Counted from the stretch's first letter, positions 13,280-27,712 are shown. The stretch is DNA of 64,000 nucleotides from Octopus vulgaris (GCA_951406725.2 OX597818.1:13330001-13394000); one strand, 5' to 3'. Made by a program: numbers and translations. The notes: generated by a model from the sequence alone, not told the origin.

Positions 13280-13386
13280 ATTTCTTGTACGGTATACCGT
13301 TTCATCTGCTGTTTAATGGTAAACTAACCTGATTAAATTAAATCAAGCCAATCTTCCATAAGCCCTCAGATTCTTCAGCAAGAAAT
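13280..13386 (-). ncRNA. Type I hammerhead ribozyme, fully canonical, in a ~260-bp element between (TA)n runs
   Basis: AUUUCUUG CUGAAGA AUCUG...CAGAU GAAA CGG UAUA CCG UA^CAAGAAAU: 8-bp stem I, 5-bp stem II base, 4-bp stem III. Confidence 0.92.
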
Positions 13387-13412
13387 AGCTCAAGTCGGAA
13401 CAGATATATTGA

Positions 13413-13463
<51 letters not shown>

Positions 13464-13807
13464 ACGTGCTGCATCCTCATAGTGGTTTTGACATCCATGT
13501 CTTGAGTGCACGATTATGCATATTATACAATTATGTATATGTGTTGTACTATAATAGTACGCAAAAGCACACAGTCACCCGCAAGTATCTTCATGCATCA
13601 GACACAGAACGACATACTGTGAATATAATATTGGCTTACGTTTGCAGACAAATGGGAAAACGTTGTGTTTTAACCCTTCCTTGATACGAATTACTTCAGA
13701 AGGTTATATAATCGTTTTGAACAGAGAATCTGAATTTAAAACTTTTACATTTGTTAGATATTATATGGTTATGCTTCCATGAATATATGTGCTAATCAAT
13801 ATGTATG

Positions 13808-13853
<46 letters not shown>

Positions 13854-13951
13854 CTTACATACATACATACATACACACACGCATGCACACACACACTCAC
13901 ACACACACGCAGGCACACACATACACATATATATATATATGCATGTATGTT

Positions 13952-14165
13952 AGGCAGCAAGCTGGCACTATAGTTAGCACACCAGCTAAAATGCTTAGCA
14001 ACATTTCATGGGTCTTTCTGTTCTGAGTTAAAATTCGCCGTGGTCGACTTTGCCTTTCATGCTTCAACGCTTGATAAAAAGGTATAAATTGATTTGTAAG
14101 GTCGATGTAACCGACTAGCCCACCTTTCCAAAATTGCTGGCCTTATGATAAAATTTGAAACCAAT
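13952..14165 (+). mobile_element. Degenerate Meta-core SINE
   Basis: GGTCGACTTTGCCTTTCAT core; head similar to the copy at 2442. Confidence 0.8.
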
Positions 14166-15052
14166 TAATATATATGTAACATTAAATCCCCTTTCTTTAA
14201 AATTCGTTAATTGTTTGTGTTATTGTTCACACATCATGTACTCCTTCCAGCAACATATATTTTTCAGAGCACATTTTTGTCAAAATTTCTTGTTATAATA
14301 TTGGTTTCAGTTTTTGGAAAAAATACCAGTATTTTTGGGGGAGGGTATGTATATATGTGATGTAGCAGTGATTCGGAACGGCAACGCAAGTTATTCGCAA
14401 ATACATCCCGCTCCAAACACAATAGTTTCATGCGATCGATCCATTTAGCCACCAAAGAACGTGAAGCCATAGCGTGATTTAATCTAGACTCTTCTTCCGG
14501 TACCCTATTAAATGCCGCTTTGGCGCGAAGATCTTTTCAAAATTTTGTAGGCGGCTGAGCAATATGTCTCATATCTTGCCACAACAAACTATAAAGGTAG
14601 ACGGCCCAGGTAGACATTCCAGGAACACAGTCCACCCAGACGGCCTTGGACAAATAACTAAGAACCTTCGATGCCACCAATATAGCGCAACTGATTTCAA
14701 ATGCATTCGGAAAACCGCATATTATCGCACTAATAGCTTTCTGTAGTCTCCCAGCAGTATCTCTTTCCCAGTCAGTAATTATTGCCGTTACATTTTCGCC
14801 GCTGCTGTTCAGTTAGTTTTTTCACGTCGCCAAGAAACATATTTTCATTTACTATGGCATAGCAAACAACCAACACCCACGGCAACATTGGTGATACAGC
14901 CAAATGACACCCGTGACATTGATGTCACTCGACATCCATTTTCCCCAAGAGAACCATTAGCAACTCTCAACTCAAAAAAATTCAAATAAGATCATGCAAT
15001 CGGACAACCGACATTAATCTTTTCGAAATTTGATGACATTCGCCACAAAAAT

Positions 15053-15436
15053 AAAGCGGCGATCTGGCAGGAACATTAGCACGCCGGGCGAAATGCTTAG
15101 CGGTATTTCGTCGGTTTTTACATTCTGAGTTGAAATTCCGCCGAGGTCGACTTTGCCTTTAAAATAAGTACCAGTTACGCACTGGAGTCGATATAATCGA
15201 CTTAATCCGTTTGTCTGGCCTTGTTTGCCCCTCTCTGTGTTTAGCCCCTTGTGGGTAGTAAAGAAATGGGTATTTCGTCTGCTGCTACGTTCTGAGATCA
15301 AATTCCACCGAGGTCGACTTTGCCTTTTATCTTTTCGGGGTCGATAAATTAATTCCCATTGCGTACTGGGGTCGATCTAGTCGACTGCCTCCCCCCCCAA
15401 AAAAAAACGTCTGGTCTTGTGCCTAGAGTAGAAAGG
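15053..15436 (+). mobile_element. Dimeric Meta-core SINE with ~15-bp TSD
   Basis: Two GTCGACTTTGCCTTT cores; ATTCG(C/A)CACAAAAAT at 15038-15052 and 15437-15451. Confidence 0.88.
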
Positions 15437-16999
15437 ATTCGACACAAAAATTATCAGCAAAGTCCGTTAAAATAACGCATGAATATCAGAAACGGTCATA
15501 GAACAACAAATTGCAACCAAAGCTTTTATGCACAAATATTTCGCAGAAAAGACTCTCAAGGTTTTCAAGAACTTTCTCTTTATTGTTCTGCATTTTTTAC
15601 ATCAATGTAATGAACTTGGAAGGAACTGCTGTATCATTTATTGGAACCCGAGTCGCTGGAAAGGAGGTCAGACAACACGAACAATCCATATTTGTTCCCC
15701 GTGATTGGTCTATTAAGCAACCAATCAGCGCGAAGTCATGGTGTAATTTAATATTCTAGAATCTTCTTGTATTCTAAAAAGACTGCTTTGGTACCAAACT
15801 TTTCACAGAATATTGTAGGGAGATGAGCGATATGTGTTTCCATTTATGCTACAGTAGACGGATCAGACCGACGGCCCACGCAGACGCCCTAGATCTGATG
15901 AAGAAGAACGTCTGTAACCAGTGACTTCACGTACATTGAGCAAACTGCATGTTGCCGTACCGATAGCTTTTAGGAACCTCACAGCAGTATCTCTCCAAGT
16001 TTGTATTTATTGCTGCTCTTAAATATTAATGGCCAACACAGACTCCTTTTATGTGCGACGATGAATACATCTGTTAAATGTTTGTGGACGTTGCTCAGTT
16101 ATTTCTTCACTCGGTCAATGAACATATTTTCATTTACTAACTCAACTACGACACATCAGTATACATGCGCAAGCACATAAGGTAAAAAAATATAGTTCGT
16201 GTACTGACGAAGTATGGAATTAAGGTGTTAAAATTATACTTTCAGAACAGTCTATGATACCAAATATCTATCAGTCACCCTACTGAGTTTTGAATTCAGC
16301 ATTCCCTGTAAAAACTATTAGTTTAATTTTATTTTCAAAATTCTTAAGATATCTCAGCTTGAAGCATAGTCAGCAAGGTTTTCCAGCATTTTGTTGTTTT
16401 CAAAATTTCAATTTTCTTCATTCTACCCATTTTCTATTACAGCTATATATAACCAACCATACTATTTTCAATTTTGTATATCCTCTTAGAATTTCTTAGT
16501 AAAGAATAAGTATATAACCAGCTATACCATTTTCATTTTTGTCAAACCACATACAATTTCTTAGTAAAGAATGAATAGTCATATAAATGAGTCGTACTCT
16601 GAAAATCGATTATTTCCCGTAAGTCCTTTCTGGTTGTATGATTTACTTATAAGATTTAAAAGAAAATAATTGTCACACTGTTTTTGAAATGTCTTGTCAT
16701 TTAAAACCACAACTGTTTAACAAGAAAAAAGGAGGAGAATAATGCATGAAACATTCAATCTACCTGCAGGTGATAAGGTTCTCTTTTCGTTTTTGAAAAT
16801 TCATTGAAAAAAGTCACTTGCATTGTGAACCAAAACTTGGTGGCTTTGGAGACTGTTCCAGGAAAATTTCAACCAAATTAAAGAATTAGATTATTTGCAT
16901 TTCAAATATGTTAATAATCTAACACAGGCTCTTACATTTTTCAGTTGCAAAAATACTGCTTAAAACTTCATATCAACTCGGCAATCATCAATAAACGCA

Positions 17000-18785
17000 T
17001 GCGAATCAAGAATGGAATATTGCAACTCAACTAAAAATACATCATGTATTAGAGATAGAAAAGAAGTTAAAATGCCGACTTGTAAAGATAGAGTATAGAG
17101 GACTGTCTCTTGACATCATATTGCCACAAGTCTCTATTTATTCTCTCTACACTACTTCTTGATGTCTCTTCAATATATGCTGTATATTTGTTCTTAGAAG
17201 CAACCTCTATGCATCTCATTGTTTTGACTACATTTCTAGTTCTAAAGTTATTGCCAGGTTTAATTTTACATATCACGCAATTTTCATTAGTACATGTGGT
17301 ATTTTCGAAGAGGTATGTCCTACAAAAATGCAATATGATGCAGCTCCCTAGCTTCTCAACGATGTTCATGTTGAGCTTGGTCTCCTTCAGAGCTTTCATA
17401 AATCTACTGGCTAGTTCCCCGTGGAGTGGAGCCTCTACAAACAGCGCACCTTGATATTTGTCAGCACCGTATCATGTGTTCATTCTGTTTGCTTTGTCGC
17501 AAACGCTCTAGTTATTATTTCAGTCTTGATCTCTGTCTCTAGTACGTGCACCACTTGCAGCATCACGTATTATGTTATTTAATGTCTTTCTACCTCCCCT
17601 GTATACACGAATTCTATCTTTCTTGAAATATCTAGACAATTGCATGCAGTGCATGAAGTTCTGTACATGTTTCCTTGTTTTATAGGGATCACATAACAAG
17701 GGCACGATATGCATTATCCTAACTAAGCCTGCTATCAGTGTGCTGATTTTCGTATTGTGTGACAAAGCTGAGTTCTTGTGAACAACGTATTTAGAATATA
17801 TGGGTTTCATGTAACAGGAGTTTAGGAGCTGCACCTTGTTGTTTACAATCTCTAACGAATGTTCAGTATGAAAGACAGGAGGTCTGTTGATAGGGTGCCT
17901 AGTTGGGCAGTGTACCTTAATACTTCCGTGGATGGGGTTAGCTACGTGCTGGATGATCTACATTATGTTCCACTTGTTTTCTACGATAGACTTAACAGGA
18001 TTTGTCCTAAGTAGAATATTGATGTCATCTACATATCTACAGTAAAGCAATACTGTTGGGAATTGTTCAGTTTGAGATGTTTAAAGATTCTGTTCCACCA
18101 GATCATGAAGAGGCAGGCCACACCGACACCGACTGCTGCACACTGAATCTGCATGTATAGTTTCCCGTCAAACGTTACTATGTGGTTCTTTAAGGTGGTT
18201 CTCACGCCAGCTCTTGTAGCACGCACGGTCATTCTTTACACCTGATTGTCATTCTGAAGGTCCTGGGTTGGTATGATGCTGGCTCTCCAGCGCTTTATAG
18301 TGCTTTTCTTCACTACCAAGTTGATGGTGGGTGGTATTCTCATCTGTGACTTGGTGGGGCAGAATCTACTCAGGTCATTGATGTCTAGTTACAGTCATAA
18401 GTTAGTTTTAGGAGGAGGCCCAGTTCCCTCGTGCTGACTTCGCGGTTGTCTACTTCGCTCTCACAGATAATCTCAATGCATTTTTCCACTGCAAAATCTA
18501 TGTCTATACATGGGTAAAAAGAAATCACACCTATACTACCTACTGCAGAACCTGTGAGTTCGTTCAAGTGGCTGCAATTACTAATTATACAGAGGACATC
18601 CATTGCGCTCACACAGACATACAGAGACATTTCAATGAGTGGTCGTGAAACCTATGAAATGAAGAAGGATAACCTATAATTTCTGGAGATATTCGCTCCA
18701 CAAACTGGCCGGGTTGGGGGCCTCATAATTGAGTTTACGTAGGCTTGATGATTCTTCTGTAACCCGTACAATGGAAGAAATATAA
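17000..18785 (-). mobile_element. Decayed Penelope-like element (RT plus GIY-YIG endonuclease)
   Basis: LYGLQKNHQ...PPTRPVCGA, SIGVISFYPCI, FDGKLYMQ and RYVDDINI, then C..CKI...RTRNVV...YIEETSRS..ER. Confidence 0.85.
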
Positions 18786-18834
18786 ATAATAAATGAGTGC
18801 AAACTGGACCGGTGAGTGTGTTAAATATTAAGGC

Positions 18835-18878
<44 letters not shown>

Positions 18879-18928
18879 AACGATTTTTTGCCAACCTAAT
18901 GTAGCATTCCCGATTTTGCATATATATA

Positions 18929-19448
18929 TAGCAAAGACGCGTGTGTGCAACAAACATGAAAAAAATTTGTCTTACCTCTAGGAAGAACATCTGAAAAATG
19001 GAAAACCTAGAAACGGATAATGCAGGACCGGTTTCAGACACTTCAAATACGTTTGACAACGTAGATTTGATTTGTCTTCATCAGCTGCATTTACCTAGAC
19101 AAAATTTCAAATGTTGCCACATCTATGCCAGTACACTCGTCTAAACGCCAAAACAGTAACAGAACGATAACAGTGAAGTTTCAATGAAAATAATAATGCA
19201 ATAGGAAAGTATTGCTTTCCAGTAAAAGATAGCCCGTAAGGGTAAAATTATACATCTAAAAGTATTATCCGTTTCTAGGTTTTCCCTTTTTCAGATGTTC
19301 TTCCAAGAGGTAAGACAAATTTTTTTCATGTTTGTTGCACACACGCGTCTTTGCTAGTATATACGCCGTGAAGCTATACAATAGCGTCGTATTTATTACG
19401 ATTGCTATTTTCCAGTAAATATCGGGGCCTCGTTGTACCATTTATTTA

Positions 19449-19450
<2 letters not shown>
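18929..19450. mobile_element. Non-coding hammerhead element with an inverted 5' part, bounded by (TA)n
   Basis: 18929-19021 is the reverse complement of 19264-19357; 19264-19450 recurs at 41493-41680. Confidence 0.85.
19019..19091 (-). ncRNA. Type I hammerhead ribozyme with minimal palindromic stem III
   Basis: AAUGCAG CUGAUGA AGACA...UGUCU GAAAC CG GUC^CUGCAUU: 7-bp stem I and an extended stem II hairpin. Confidence 0.92.
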
Positions 19451-19504
<54 letters not shown>

Positions 19505-19555
19505 TGAAGTATTGTTATATTTCGGAATGGTCATTTTGCCAGTTTAGCCAATGTT

Positions 19556-19912
19556 TGAAGTATATTTTCCATCTAAATATGGCTAACCACTAAGGGTGGA
19601 TGTTACTGTAGCTTGTAGCCCCAGGAGAACATATTCTCCAGCTGGCTATTGACACACTTTCTGTGTCCTATCGGTATTTGCAAATGGAGGTCATCCTTCC
19701 CCCGTCAACCTAAGTGATACGCACGTACTGCAGTTTCTGGGTATTGACCTGTCCTCAGCGCACGTAAACCACCGGTTTTCGATGGAAGGGTCCCAATGCA
19801 AATATTTATATCCTTTTTCCAGTGACTTTTCGTCACTGATTTCCTGGGGCTACAACCTACAGTAACATCCACCCTTAGTGGTTAGCCATATTTAAGTGCC
19901 AAATATACTTCA
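19556..19912. mobile_element. Inverted-repeat cassette (~70-bp arms) enclosing a hammerhead
   Basis: 19556-19626 is the reverse complement of 19842-19912. Confidence 0.8.
19721..19763 (-). ncRNA. Type I hammerhead motif with partly disrupted stem II
   Basis: GUGCG CUGAGGA caGGU caau ACCca GAAAC UGCA GUA^CGUGC. Confidence 0.7.
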
Positions 19913-20171
19913 CGTTGTCGTGCAGTTACTGTCTACACCTTGTTCAGAGATTTATTATTGCTTGTATACACTTTTTCAAGATCAGTGACTAAATGTATAA
20001 GCGCAATACATGAATGACATAGTGCAAGTAATTTTATTTGATGTAGATTCGTTAATCGTTACGCCGGTTTTTATGGTTACTTCTTACACATTGGCATTTT
20101 GGTAACTAATAATGTGATAGGAAGTAATGTTTCACGAGCCGATTCTGCTATTCGAACTGAGCAATTAGAGT

Positions 20172-20536
<365 letters not shown>

Positions 20537-21786
20537 CTCAGTCATTTTAGCTATTTAATCTACAATTCACTCTTCTCAATTGCTATTTCCCTTTTGAAAT
20601 CTCGAAATAAAATAAATAATGACATACAATGAACCCAGTACTGGCCTGTTAGCACCCTTTAACGAACTAAGTTATTGTACATAATAGCACGATATAAATA
20701 GATAAATATAGAAAAACAAAAAAATGCTTTGGAATCAAATAACTTCACTCCTTTAGGCAGTACCGCCGTACTTTGTGCTAACACTTCACCCGATCGATAT
20801 CAGCTTTTAAGTGTTTCTCTGCCTAACTAACACAACATTATTTCACCTCGATTACATTAAGTGGTTGATATTAAGTTTATATTGTGAGCAGTTTCTCCTC
20901 TTCTTGTACAGAGTAATAAATCCTACCTTTCTGACGTATATTCATGAGAATTGACCAAAAGAAATTGGTAGTAAATTATTGCTAAAAGCTTGAATATTAA
21001 TCATTATATATTCCCGAGTAACAAAATGAAACAGAAATTATGGATGAACTCCATATCATGAAATGAGGCACTTTACTGGAGTGCAACCACAAAGAATTTT
21101 AATCAATAACTACAGTCTAAGAGCAACTGAAGAGCATAATAATACTGCTGAATGTCTTTAAACTTTCCGCTTGATTTATGGTCGAACACTGCTTATGCAT
21201 CTGATTAAATATTGCGTTGCTTCACAGAAAATGTTTAGCTGTCCATACACTATAATTAAGAGAACTCAGAAAAGTTTTCTCTTATTTTTCTCTGGCTCTA
21301 TTTAACTATGGTACTATCATGGATCGTCTTTCAGTCTGCAGAATATGTTCTATATAGCTCATACATATAGGCTGTGAGTTGGCAGAAAGTTTAAACCTCG
21401 GATTCAATATGTAACCATATATGTTCTGGTTGTCCGAGTTCAAAATTCAAATGACGCCGAGCTAAACTTCTTTCTTCCTTTCTTAACTGATCACAATAAA
21501 TGAAAATCTAAAGCGGTGGATAGTAAAGAAGGCAATGCAATGTTGATGGAAGGGATAGCATGTAACATTTTTTCTGGTGCAAGGTCGTGCTTGGGTAGTA
21601 GAGTTAATCCGTTACCGGGTGTGACACTAACAGATGGTATTTGAAATACCTTTGGTCGAATGGACGTTGTTACAAACGTGCGCATTAGGTGTCTTGTTTG
21701 AGCAAGCATTTCATTCGTCTGCTTATACCAGAAAAATATTCCTTTTAAATGGTCTCGGACACAATTTTCCACCCTGCCTACTGCCT

Positions 21787-22268
<482 letters not shown>

Positions 22269-23459
22269 GTATATATACATATCTATGTATACTGACACAC
22301 AGTCACACACACACTGACATATGGGAAAAATGTGAAATGCGTACGATTCTGTAGACACGTATTCAGCTAATAGCGCACTGCATCTTGTACTACAAATTTT
22401 ATCCAGCTTGTTTGGTCATAAGTGTCAAAATCTGTGACTATCTTACAACCATACTTAGAGTAGCGCCCTCAGTTACATGCTTACAACCAACTATATGAAA
22501 ATGACGAAACCTATAATTCTAACCACATATCCTTCCTTTAATTACATGTGGATATAAATTATTAATAAGAACATCACAGGCTTATGAGCAACAATCAATA
22601 TGCAATGTTGTATGGCACGAAACCCCCCAGTTTCACTTCACGTTTTAGGATATAAAGTCACAAGGGCTGTTCTGATTGTAATATGTTTTTGCACATTTCC
22701 ACACACAATTAATCTTGATTGCACTTCAGAAATACATTCAATGGATTAGTAATTAAAAACCATCTTCTAAAACTTTATATGTATCAGATAGTAGACATTG
22801 TCCTCCATGTCAGTAATTATATCGACCAGAGCATGCTGAGTGAATGAAAGAGACATCAGGCAGCGCAAAATCACAAAGGTTACAGATCATGTGACACCGA
22901 GTATAGAGATTATAAGCAAAACAAAGGATGGTCGTTAATGGAATTATTTCAATGGAAATAAGGTTTTCTAACAAGAAAGATAGAAGCTGATATATTAACA
23001 TAAATTTCATGCCACAGATAATATATGAGTTTGGTATGAAATGTGTACAGTTAAAATTTGATACATAATGCAACTGTGGTATTGTTTAATGTAGTTATTA
23101 GCACCGCAGGTATATTATTATATATACAAATAAATGGAAGATTGGGGTTTTATATTTATACCATAATTAAATCCGTCTATGATAATTTCAGAAATTTAGT
23201 ACGGCATTATTGTGAACATTACTTTTATCAATAATAGTAGCTAACAATAAAATATGTCACAATATTGATGCCAGGAGTGTTATAATTATTAGGCGAGACT
23301 AATGAAGAGACTCCGACATTATATTTGATTAATTAATTAAGTTTAATTAGTTATTCAGATATTTGTATAACTTCGTAATACATTTTATTTTTCACTCATT
23401 GCTATATTGTAATATATATTAGATATTACATTACACCATTTACTTGAGGCGCAATAAGA

Positions 23460-23508
<49 letters not shown>

Positions 23509-23534
23509 CATATATATATATATATATATTCTCA

Positions 23535-23584
23535 ACAAAACTGTCCGACGGACGGGAAAGTGAAACTCTGAGTAACAGTTTTGT
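23535..23584 (+). ncRNA. Compact hammerhead motif with variant core
   Basis: ACAAAACUGU CCGACGG AC gggaaa GU GAAA CUC u GAG UA^ACAGUUUUGU: 10-bp stem I; the core deviates from CUGANGA at two positions. Confidence 0.65.
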
Positions 23585-23635
23585 GATATTTTTGCTGCTT
23601 TTTAATAAAGTGTAAGTAGATAGGTAGGTAGGTAT

Positions 23636-23797
23636 AGGTGCAGAAGTGGCTGTGTGGTAAGTAGCTTGCTTACTAACCGCATGGTTTCGGGTTCAGTGCC
23701 ACAGCATGGCACCATCGGGAAATGTCTTCTACTATAGACTCGGGCGGGCAAAACCTTGTGAGTGTATTTAGTAGACAGAAGCTGAAATAAGACCGTC

Positions 23798-23838
<41 letters not shown>

Positions 23839-23913
23839 AGTGTGTGTGTGTATGTATGTGTATGTGTGTGTATGTGTGTGTGTGTGTGTATATGTATTTG
23901 TGTTTGTCCCTCC
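23636..23913 (+). mobile_element. SINE (tRNA/CORE-like head plus internal microsatellite), 3'-truncated
   Basis: A box TGGCTGTGTGG, B box GGTTCAGTGCC; homologous to 9040-9452. Confidence 0.85.
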
Positions 23914-24640
23914 ACGAGAGAATTCCATGCGGCGCATGAAGTTCTGTACATGCATTTCTCTGGATATGATCGGAAAGATATACAGGGGTGCTAGAAAGAA
24001 TTTAGATAACATCATATGCAATGAATCCAGTGGTACCTGCCCTAAATATAGAAGTAAAGATTGGAATAAAATACAAAGAGTTTGTGACAAAGTAAACAGG
24101 GTGAACACGTGTTATAAAACCGACAAATATCAAAGCATGATGTTTTTAGAAGCCACAGCTCATGGTGAACTAGCCCGTAGATTTAGGAAAGCTCTAAAGG
24201 AAGGCAAACTCAACATTAAGATTGCTGAAAACCAGAGAGCTCCATCAGATCACGACTATGTAGAACGTACCCATTTGAGAATCCCACATACACCAATGAT
24301 AAGTGCATGGTATCTAGGATTAACCCTGGCATTAACTTGTAGAACGAGAAATGTAGTCTATAGTATAAGGTGCATAGAAGGTGTTTGTAAAGACAAGGGC
24401 ATGATATACATAGGTGAGAGACCTAGGAGCATAGCAGATAGACTAAATATACAATTGAGACAATATGATGACAAAGCATAGGCCTCCATATTCCACCAGC
24501 ATGCCAAAAACTAACATTGAGGCAATTTGGTTCAACTTGACATCCGCATTTTATTCAAGCACTCGAAGGACCCAACTCTCAGACAAATACATGAGTACAT
24601 CATCATAAATGAAAAGTCCCCAGTTCTAAATAGGATATAC
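23914..24640 (+). mobile_element. Penelope-like element fragment (thumb plus GIY-YIG)
   Basis: FLEATAHGELA, CRTRNVVYSIRC...IYIGERPRSIADR; homologous to 17000-17680 (-). Confidence 0.85.
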
Positions 24641-24668
24641 GTAGTCGGTAGTCATACACTTCTACCCA

Positions 24669-24704
<36 letters not shown>

Positions 24705-25332
24705 GTAGAGTAGTTAGTTAGTAGTTATGTAGACGTATATATGTGCGTAAGTGTGTGTGTTTATATGTGTATATATGTATATATATATGTGTGTGTGTGT
24801 CTGTATAAATATATATATGTATACACGTACATCTATATATATGTCTATGTATATATATGTACGTAAATGGACATGAATGTAATCAGATAGAAAAAGATTA
24901 GATAATTACATAGGTAAAATGAACAGACAAGCACACATACACACATGCATAGGCAAAATGAAGACTGAAACACATGACCATATACACACATGGACACTTC
25001 ATACAAAGACACATATGGAGACACACATACGTACATTATATACGCATACACACACATAGATGCATACATACATGCATACATACATACATACATACATACA
25101 TGCATACATACATACATACATACATACATGCATACATACATGTATATATGTATGCGCACGCCCCCTGACCCATACACATGCGCACAAACAAATAAAAAGA
25201 ACGTAGCTCGAGTATCGTACAGAGTCAACGCCTATTGGAAATGATGCAGGACGCAACGAAAATTTTTACAAAAGTAAAGAAATTAGTGTTAAGTAATAAA
25301 GCACTAACAGAGAATGACTCTTCCCAGACACA

Positions 25333-25414
<82 letters not shown>

Positions 25415-25499
25415 GAGCAAAAACTCCCCTGAGTTGTTTAACATTTAAGAAAAATTTTCTAAAAACAATTTGTCCAACCGCCCTTTTGAGAAACACTGA

Positions 25500-25750
25500 T
25501 TTAAACTAAATTTGAAACACCAGCAAAAGATGGATCTCGACTGATGTACTTGCGCGTACAAATGCACGTTCCCACGTCTTTATCGATCGCATTCTCACCC
25601 GGAATCGATTTTTGTAATTTTTCAAGTCTTATACACGCCTGGTACCGTCGGTATCTGCATATCAAATTTGAGTGCAATCGGATGGGGGATGCCGAGATCC
25701 TAGAAGACACACACACACACAGACAGAACGGATTTTATATAATAGATATA
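25500..25750 (+). mobile_element. Possible non-autonomous Helitron/HINE-like 3' fragment
   Basis: AAATTTGAGTGCAATCGG...ACACACAGACAG...TTTTATATAATAGAT resembles the DINE-1/HINE-type 3' layout. Confidence 0.45.
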
Positions 25751-26228
25751 CATATATATATATATGTATGTCTGTGTGTATGTATGCCTATATGTATGTA
25801 TGTTTGAATCTATGTTTTTGTACACACACATACATATATATATATATATAGATTGGTCGATATATGGATAGACGCACACACACATATATTCATTTATTTT
25901 GATTCGTATAAATGGCGGATCTCCGTCATCGACTCAACTATGAGTGTTCAATTGTTTATTTAAACCCATAACTGAACAATCTGCTCCTGGGAGTAGGGTG
26001 GAGCATTTCCTAGACACGGTCTCCCTTAACATTTAGGCAGAATCAACATGGGGTAGGTTTTTTAATTACAGTACATCTAGATATGCACCCATACATACTC
26101 AGAGAAATACACACACACGCGTTTTATATTTAATTGATATTTAAAACAGACATAAATAATGTGGGGAAAGGTAGAGAGATAGAAAGAGAGAATGAAGAGA
26201 CAGAGGTAGATAGATAGATAAATAGATA

Positions 26229-26266
<38 letters not shown>

Positions 26267-27200
26267 AAGAGAAGCACATTCAAGGTAATTTCTGATAAAA
26301 ACATATTGACAACACACAGGACTCTAAAATTTAATTTTTACTTAATTAAATTTTACTGCACGTAGACCGCCAATTAACAGGGAACTATCTGTAAATCTAT
26401 CCAAATTACAATTAGAGATCTGTAATTATTATAATTAGATGCTTATCATTAGTATTTCGCTTGTACATTACATCTCATTCTGTTTTATTTATAGTTTTTT
26501 TATGTTATAAATCTTCCAATTTCAATGTGTGAAACTGTGCTGTGTATTTCTTATATAACTGTTTAAGTACGTGAGTGAAGGTTTCAGATATTTTACTTTC
26601 TTTTTCGTTGGTTGGGTAAAATTGAATTTAGTTTATATCTCTGTTATGACAATGGAAATGTGTGAGCTGTTTATGCTATTTTTCTGTTCCGCACATTTTT
26701 CTTCTTGTTTTCATCCTTTTGCCTGTATTTATGCATTATGTATTACGTAACTTTCCTTGATAGAATATAAAGAAAAAATGTGTTCTGGTATTCCTGATGT
26801 AATATACAGTAAAGCATTATTAGTGCGAGGTTTCAAACCTCAACGTAATAGTAGATATATGAAGAAGTTAAATAAAGAAGTACTCATTTGCATTATTTCT
26901 GTCCCAAAGGATAACAACTATTTCAAACATGAAATGGATAACAGTCATCGGGAAGAAAAACCAATTCCCTGTGACGAATGTTGTGTATACTTTAATTTCC
27001 ACCACGTTTTACGCAGCAGTTAAGGCTTTTATGCAGGATCAGAAAATATTAGAAATGGAAAATTTCTTGTGGTACAGGTATGACGGCATACACGCACACG
27101 CATATACACACACACAGACACACGCACACACAGACAAACACGCATACGCACTCACCTCACACATGTATGTATTTACACACACTCACATATTCATATATGT

Positions 27201-27244
<44 letters not shown>

Positions 27245-27342
27245 TTATATTATATATATATATATATATATATGTACAATAATTAGGAGGGATGCTATTT
27301 GAAAAACGAAGGAATGTTTTTCCAATGTTTACATCTGTAAAC

Positions 27343-27680
27343 TCACCCCGTAAACGTGTTCCACAGATTATGCTTGGAAAAGAGTATTGAAAATTGTTCC
27401 TCCGTGGTAAGCGGGCAGAAAGATTTCCCTTTGCAATAGGGAAATGATATCGGTAACATTTTCCAGTCTAATGAAAAAAGCTTGTTAGAGTCTTTAAGGT
27501 GCCACAGTGGTTTACTAAACCCTGTGTAATTACGCTTACTGTAGTATTTGAAGGTAGAGAAATGGTTAGCCAGCCTAGATTTCAGTTTCGTAGAGAATAA
27601 ACCTATATAAAGATATGCCTTCTTACCAGAGGTAATCTTGCACCGGTACACGGGACTTTTAATTTGGCAGATTCCATTTG
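27343..27680 (-). mobile_element. Penelope GIY-YIG endonuclease fragment
   Basis: VYRCKI...YIG...KSRLANH..TF...LWHLK...W...CPL..EE pattern in ORF 27343..27933. Confidence 0.85.
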
Positions 27681-27712
27681 TATGTTTGTATATATATATA
27701 TATATATATATT

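Noticed and set aside
16205-16250. CTGACGA with an AGTAT/ATACT stem
   Set aside because: No GAAA or NUH follows the stem.
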